A stretch of DNA of 10,960 nt from a virus. Below the pieces are notes generated by a model. The model was not told the DNA's origin, made no database searches, and saw nothing but the letters and a program-made list of their open reading frames with translations. The stretch's first letter is position 1. Each line of letters begins with the position of its first letter. The DNA lies in the UHGV virus genome UHGV-2137483. One strand, given 5' to 3'. The position numbers and the translations under genes were made by a program. Shown piece by piece: positions 7,442-10,960 of the stretch.

Positions 7442-8190
7442 TGTGCTCAACAGTGATCTCACAACTAGGTTTCGAATGCCATCCAATAGGCAAGACCTTG
7501 AGAATTATCAGTCCATTCACTTACTGTGATGATGGAGAGCATGTCGGTGCCTTTATCCGTGAAGTCAATGGTAGGTATTTAGTTAGTGACAGATGCGATG
7601 CCTTAATGAATATGGAGGCAAGAGGGATCTCGCTTACCAAAAAACGACTTGATGAGATACGACAATTACTGCTTAAAGAAGGCGCAGAACTCAATGCTCG
7701 AGGAGAAATCATTGCTTGGGCAACAGAAAAGGATGTCGGTGCGATTACATCGAACATAATTAGAGCTGGTATACTCGCATCAACTTTGTCGTTAGACTGG
7801 TATCAGCCAGTTCAAGCTGAAAAGTTTGAAAGTATGGTTATTGATTATCTATATCACACAGAGCTTAGAGACGCACTTTCTCTTCGTGAAAACGTATATG
7901 GCTTGAGTGGACATCAAATTACCGTCCCTGTAACAATAAAAACCGACATACCTAAATACGTTTTTACATCAAGCGTGAAACACGGAGGAAGCTGGAATAG
8001 TGCTTACTCATTGCTTGGGAAACTAATTGATCTTAAAGCTTCAAGTGAGGAGTATAACAACAGATTTGTTGTTATAGACAGCGAAGCAATTGGTGATCAA
8101 ATGCAACAACTCTCCTTACTCTTCCATGAATCAAGCCAAGTTCTACCATTCTCCAAAAGAGAGACTTGGGTTAAGAGACTTGCAGCATAA
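7438..8190 (+). CDS. hypothetical protein, gene B of the cassette (250 aa)
   Basis: ATG 7438 overlaps the gene A stop (ATGA, 7438-7441), indicating translational coupling. Long uninterrupted ORF ending TAA 8188-8190, immediately before a strong terminator. No obvious transmembrane segment. No family recognised. Confidence 0.75.
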   Translation: MMCSTVISQLGFECHPIGKTLRIISPFTYCDDGEHVGAFIREVNGRYLVSDRCDALMNMEARGISLTKKRLDEIRQLLLKEGAELNARGEIIAWATEKDVGAITSNIIRAGILASTLSLDWYQPVQAEKFESMVIDYLYHTELRDALSLRENVYGLSGHQITVPVTIKTDIPKYVFTSSVKHGGSWNSAYSLLGKLIDLKASSEEYNNRFVVIDSEAIGDQMQQLSLLFHESSQVLPFSKRETWVKRLAA

Positions 8191-8193
8191 TAC

Positions 8194-8220
8194 AACCCGG
8201 CCTCAGCGCCGGGTTTTCTT
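8194..8220 (+). terminator. intrinsic terminator ending the cI-cassette transcript (tImm-like)
   Basis: aacccggc (8194-8201) / loop ctcagc / gccgggtt (8208-8215), followed by a T-rich tail ttttcttt. Confidence 0.65.
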
Positions 8221-8408
8221 TGCCTCACGTTCGCCCACCTAAAAACACATAACCAATTATATTTATTGAAAAATAAATAGATGCAACCCACTAAACCACG
8301 CAATTCTGATCTCTCCTTACATCGCCGAGGCAATACATCCACGCTAAAAAACAACACTATTAAATACAAAGCGTTATAAAAAACCACGCCAACTTACAAC
8401 AAATTGTA

Positions 8409-8437
8409 TTGATCTTGTAAAGTACATATCGTACTAT
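8409..8437 (+). promoter_or_regulatory. pL candidate with OL operator
   Basis: -35 TTGATC (8409-8414), 17-bp spacer, -10 TACTAT (8432-8437). Palindromic operator AGTACatatcGTACT at 8421-8435 matches the OR element with the same spacing to the -35. Confidence 0.5.
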
Positions 8438-8482
8438 TTAACCGTCAGCAGGACGCTGGAAGCCAAATGGAACAGACTGGCA

Positions 8483-8528
8483 GGCTCTTTAAACAACGTC
8501 GACTCTCGACTACGTGGCTGAAAAGCCA
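8483..8528 (+). promoter_or_regulatory. nutL (boxA plus boxB hairpin)
   Basis: GGCTCTTT (8483-8490), 24 nt, then tggc-tgaaaa-gcca hairpin (8515-8528). Same architecture and spacer landmarks (AACAACG, CTACG) as nutR. Confidence 0.55.
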
Positions 8529-8626
8529 GATCACCCAACCACATAAGCTGTGGGATGCAATGCCGAAGCAACCGTCTCAGGAGGAGCTTCGAGATTGCAT
8601 CGCCAAAGTTTATTCGGGAGGAATCC

Positions 8627-8899
8627 ATGTCCAGAAAAACAGAATTTAAAGGCACCGCAGCTTCTCGCCGTAGAGCTCGTCGCGCAAATCTGCAAAGTCA
8701 GGAGGCGATCAGCTCCGACAAGCTACACAGGCCAACCCCTTCACGAGTGGTCTTGCAATGCAAGCTCAAACCAGCAATGAGAGCAGAAGTGATAACTCTG
8801 ACAACGTTGACCAGAAAATATGAAGGTTCAACTTGTCTTCCGAACGTAGCTCTTTACGCGGCAGGCTACCGGAAATCAAAACAACTGACGGCGAGATGA
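8627..8899 (+). CDS. N: N-like transcription antiterminator (P22 gene-24 type), 90 aa
   Basis: ATG 8627 preceded by GGAGG (8617-8621). N-terminal arginine-rich motif GTAASRRRARRA; C-terminus ...VALYAAGYRKSKQLTAR resembles P22 gene 24 as recalled. The ORF-track upstream extension from 8555 is rejected. Confidence 0.75.
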   Translation: MSRKTEFKGTAASRRRARRANLQSQEAISSDKLHRPTPSRVVLQCKLKPAMRAEVITLTTLTRKYEGSTCLPNVALYAAGYRKSKQLTAR

Positions 8900-8915
8900 T
8901 AAATTCATTTGCTAA

Positions 8916-9532
8916 TTACTTGTTTTTGCCATGCTTATCCTGAGCGATAAGTTCATCCATAAGGCTGTCTGCCTTCCCGGCAAACCTAATGTAGCACTCA
9001 TGTCTATAGCTTTCAGGGATAACGAAACGGTCGGTATCAGGATATCCAACAGCAGGAGGCCTTCGAACGAGGAGTCCTTTTTTGAGCAATGAAATTGATT
9101 CATGAGNNNNNNNNNNNNNNNNNNNNNNNNNNATTCATGAGCGCCCTTTTCCGTTTGTAGCTGGTTATTAGCGGCTACAGCGAATGCCAAATACGCTCTT
9201 TCTCCAAGAGTTAACGAATCAAACAAATCTTGCACATATTTTTCTTCTTTAGATTTGCGCTTCTGAGCAGCGAATACCTCAATTCTTTCAGTCACAGCGT
9301 GATAAGCGGAATTAACAACGCCGTTAAGCACATAGCTAACGCAAAACAACAGGATGTAATACATCCAGTAATGAGGAAGGATTTCTGGACTATGCAGGTT
9401 TATCCATTCTTTTACGCTTACCGGCATAACAATAATCAATATGATCAGGATGATTAGCATATGAATCAACTGTTTAAGTGTCATTCCTTGCAGGAAAAAA
9501 TGCATTAGTTCCTGCCACCATGAGTTGTTCAT
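8916..9532 (-). CDS. sieB: superinfection exclusion protein SieB-like membrane protein, interrupted by an assembly gap
   Basis: N-terminal part MNNSWWQELMHFFLQGMTLKQLIHMLIILIILIIVMPVSV... is hydrophobic. The C-terminal part is in a different frame from the ORF-track call and reads ...HESISLLKKGLLVRRPPAVGYPDTDRFVIPESYRHECYIRFAGKADSLMDELIAQDKHGKNK to TAA 8918-8916. Convergent with N, as lambda sieB. Confidence 0.65.
9107..9132. other. assembly gap (26 N), probably artefactual
   Basis: Run of N. The 9 bases attcatgag occur on both flanks (9098-9106 and 9133-9141). Confidence 0.95.
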
Positions 9533-9675
9533 CGGCGTTTCTCTTTTGCTCTCTGTAGGGGTGAATAGAGTTTATCCGATTTCTCGTTGTAGGGGTACAC
9601 GAGAACCACCGAGCCTGATGTGGTTAAAAGACAGGCACAATCTTTACTACCGCAATCCACTATTTAAGGTGATAT

Positions 9676-9762
9676 ATGGAAGAAGAATTTGAAGAGTTCG
9701 AAGAGCATCCTCAAGATGTGATGGAACAATACCAGGACTATCCGTATGACTACGACTATTGA
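9676..9762 (+). CDS. small acidic ORF (28 aa) at the position of lambda orf28
   Basis: ATG 9676 preceded by AAGGTGA. Translation MEEEFEEFEEHPQDVMEQYQDYPYDYDY. Same length and position (overlapping the ral start) as lambda orf28 as recalled; sequence identity not verified. Confidence 0.45.
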   Translation: MEEEFEEFEEHPQDVMEQYQDYPYDYDY

Positions 9763-9946
9763 TACAAATCAATGGTGTGGACAATTCAAACGATGCAATG
9801 GATGCAAGCTGCAATCGGAATGCATGGTTAAGCCTGAAGAAATGTTTCCTGTAATGGAAGATGGGAAATATGTCGATAAATGGGCAATACGAACGACGGC
9901 AATGATTGCCAGAGAACTTGGTAAACAGAACAACAAAGCTGCCTGA
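9746..9946 (+). CDS. ral: restriction alleviation protein Ral
   Basis: 66-aa translation MTTTIDTNQWCGQFKRCNGCKLQSECMVKPEEMFPVMEDGKYVDKWAIRTTAMIARELGKQNNKAA matches lambda Ral as recalled. Confidence 0.85.
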   Translation: MTTTIDTNQWCGQFKRCNGCKLQSECMVKPEEMFPVMEDGKYVDKWAIRTTAMIARELGKQNNKAA

Positions 9947-10082
9947 TAGTGGCCTTTATTTTTGGCATAAATAACAGAATAAACACTGCACTGTGTATTC
10001 ATTCCAACGAGTGAATACACGGAGCAATGTCGCTCGTAACTAAACAGGAGCCGACTTGTTCTGATTATTGGAAATCTTCTTT

Positions 10083-10108
10083 GCCCTCCAGTGTGAGGGC
10101 GATTTTTT
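10083..10108 (+). terminator. intrinsic terminator between ral and ea10
   Basis: gccctc (10083-10088) / loop cagtgt / gagggc (10095-10100), then gatttttt. Confidence 0.55.
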
Positions 10109-10128
10109 ATCTATGAGGATATGAATAG

Positions 10129-10497
10129 ATGTCAAACATCAAAAAATACATCATTGATTACGACTGGAAAGCATCAATAGAAATTGAAATTGACCATGAC
10201 GTAATGACAGAGGAAAAACTTCACCAGATTAATAATTTCTGGTCAGACTCTGAATACCGACTCAATAAACACGGCTCTGTATTAAATGCTGTATTAATCA
10301 TGCTGGCGCAACATGCTCTGCTTATAGCAATTTCAAGCGACTTAAATGCATATGGTGTTGTGTGTGAGTTCGACTGGAATGATGGAAATGGTCAGGAAGG
10401 ATGGCCTCCAATGGATGGTAGTGAAGGAATAAGAATTACCGATATCGATACATCAGGAATATTTGATTCAGATGATATGACTATCAAGGCCGCCTGA
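10129..10497 (+). CDS. ea10: early protein at the position and length of lambda Ea10 (122 aa, acidic C-terminus)
   Basis: ATG 10129 preceded by GAGGA. 369-nt ORF between ral and cIII, the size and place of lambda ea10 as recalled. Sequence identity to Ea10 not verified. Confidence 0.55.
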   Translation: MSNIKKYIIDYDWKASIEIEIDHDVMTEEKLHQINNFWSDSEYRLNKHGSVLNAVLIMLAQHALLIAISSDLNAYGVVCEFDWNDGNGQEGWPPMDGSEGIRITDIDTSGIFDSDDMTIKAA

Positions 10498-10569
10498 GCG
10501 CGGCGTTACCGCATACCAATTACGCTTCACTCGAGGCGTTTTTCGTTATGTATAAATAAGGAGCACACC

Positions 10570-10734
10570 ATGCAATATGCCATTGCAGGGTGGCCTGTTG
10601 CTGGCTGCCCTTCCGAATCTTTACTTGAACGAATCACCCGTAAATTACGTGACGGATGGAAACGCCTTATCGACATACTTAATCAGCCAGGAGTCCCAAA
10701 AAATGGATCAAACAATTATGGCTATCCAGACTAA
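10570..10734 (+). CDS. cIII: CIII (FtsH inhibitor, protects CII)
   Basis: Below the ORF-track cutoff. ATG 10570 preceded by AAGGAG. Translation [54 protein letters not shown] matches lambda CIII as recalled. Confidence 0.9.
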   Translation: MQYAIAGWPVAGCPSESLLERITRKLRDGWKRLIDILNQPGVPKNGSNNYGYPD

Positions 10735-10846
10735 ATTCACTATCGCCACTTTTATTGGCGATGAAAAGATGTTTCGTGAGGCCGTCGACGCTTATAAAAA
10801 ATGGATATTAATACTGAAACTGAGATCAAGCAAAAGCATTCACTAA
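10703..10846 (+). CDS. kil: Kil (host cell-division inhibitor)
   Basis: 47-aa translation [47 protein letters not shown] matches lambda Kil as recalled. Overlaps the cIII 3' end in another frame, as in lambda. Confidence 0.85.
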   Translation: MDQTIMAIQTKFTIATFIGDEKMFREAVDAYKKWILILKLRSSKSIH

Positions 10847-10921
10847 CCCCCTTTCCTGTTTTCCTAATCAGCCTGGCATTTCGCGGGCGATATTTTCACA
10901 GCCATTTTCAGGAGTTCAGCC

Positions 10922-10960
10922 ATGAACGCTTATTACATTCAGGATCGTCTTGAGGCTCAG
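10922..10960 (+). CDS. gam: Gam (RecBCD inhibitor), first 13 codons only; continues beyond the window
   Basis: ATG 10922 preceded by AGGAG. Translation [13 protein letters not shown] matches the N-terminus of the short form of lambda Gam as recalled. Confidence 0.75.
   Translation, partial: MNAYYIQDRLEAQ

Noticed and set aside
7094-7757. Three minus-strand ORFs (78-94 aa) antisense to the cassette genes
   Set aside because: AT-rich DNA yields long antisense frames by chance; no start context, and they are shorter than and nested in the sense ORFs.
8097-8387. 96-aa minus-strand ORF spanning the end of gene B, the terminator and the AT-rich spacer
   Set aside because: Runs through an intrinsic terminator hairpin and non-coding AT-rich DNA; hydrophobic translation is what A/T-rich antisense gives.
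8434-8780. ORFs of 60-76 aa on both strands over the nutL leader and N 5' region, and the 114-aa extended N from 8555
   Set aside because: They cover boxA/boxB and the pL leader. The ATG at 8627 has a GGAGG site and gives an N-sized protein starting before the arginine-rich motif.
9230-9457. 75-aa plus-strand ORF
   Set aside because: Antisense to the hydrophobic N-terminal half of sieB.
8912-9532. ORF-track 206-aa continuous ORF through the N-run
   Set aside because: The part after the gap is in the wrong frame; the plausible SieB C-terminus is in the adjacent frame ending at 8916.
9769-10020. 83-aa minus-strand ORF
   Set aside because: Antisense to ral and runs into the inverted repeat; no start context.
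10523-10543. Weak hairpin cgcttc/gaggcg with a T5 run between ea10 and cIII
   Set aside because: The stem needs a G-U pair and is only 6 bp; possibly a weak terminator but not strong enough to annotate.
10577-10846. 89-aa ORF fusing an upstream frame to kil
   Set aside because: The first 42 codons are an alternative frame of cIII. Kil starts at the internal ATG 10703.

Overview
This window is the early, immunity and nin segment of a lambda-like (lambdoid) prophage from an enterobacterial genome, with the PR operon (cro to Q) on the minus strand and the pL operon and cI on the plus strand. Left to right: 3' end of a prophage porin gene (+), Q antiterminator, ylcG, rusA, a ybcO remnant, a nin-region ORF, ninE, a Dam-like adenine methyltransferase, ninB, a tR2-like terminator, ren, P, O with ori iterons, oop antisense RNA (+), a frameshifted cII, nutR, cro, the OR region, then cI (+), an AT-rich two-gene cassette in the slot where lambda carries rexAB, a tImm-like terminator, OL/pL, nutL, a P22 gene-24-like N, sieB (minus, broken by an N-run), orf28, ral, ea10, cIII, kil and the start of gam. 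The replication and recombination genes look lambda-like, while the immunity core (cI N-terminal domain, cro, cII N-terminus, N, nut sites) is of another specificity. The most interesting element is the uncharacterised two-gene cassette at 6884-8190, a candidate lysogen-expressed phage-exclusion module. No tRNA, rRNA, CRISPR array, IS element, integrase or att site is visible. All protein identifications are by reading the translations against remembered phage proteins; no database search or computation was run, and the sequence is draft quality (26 N at 9107-9132).
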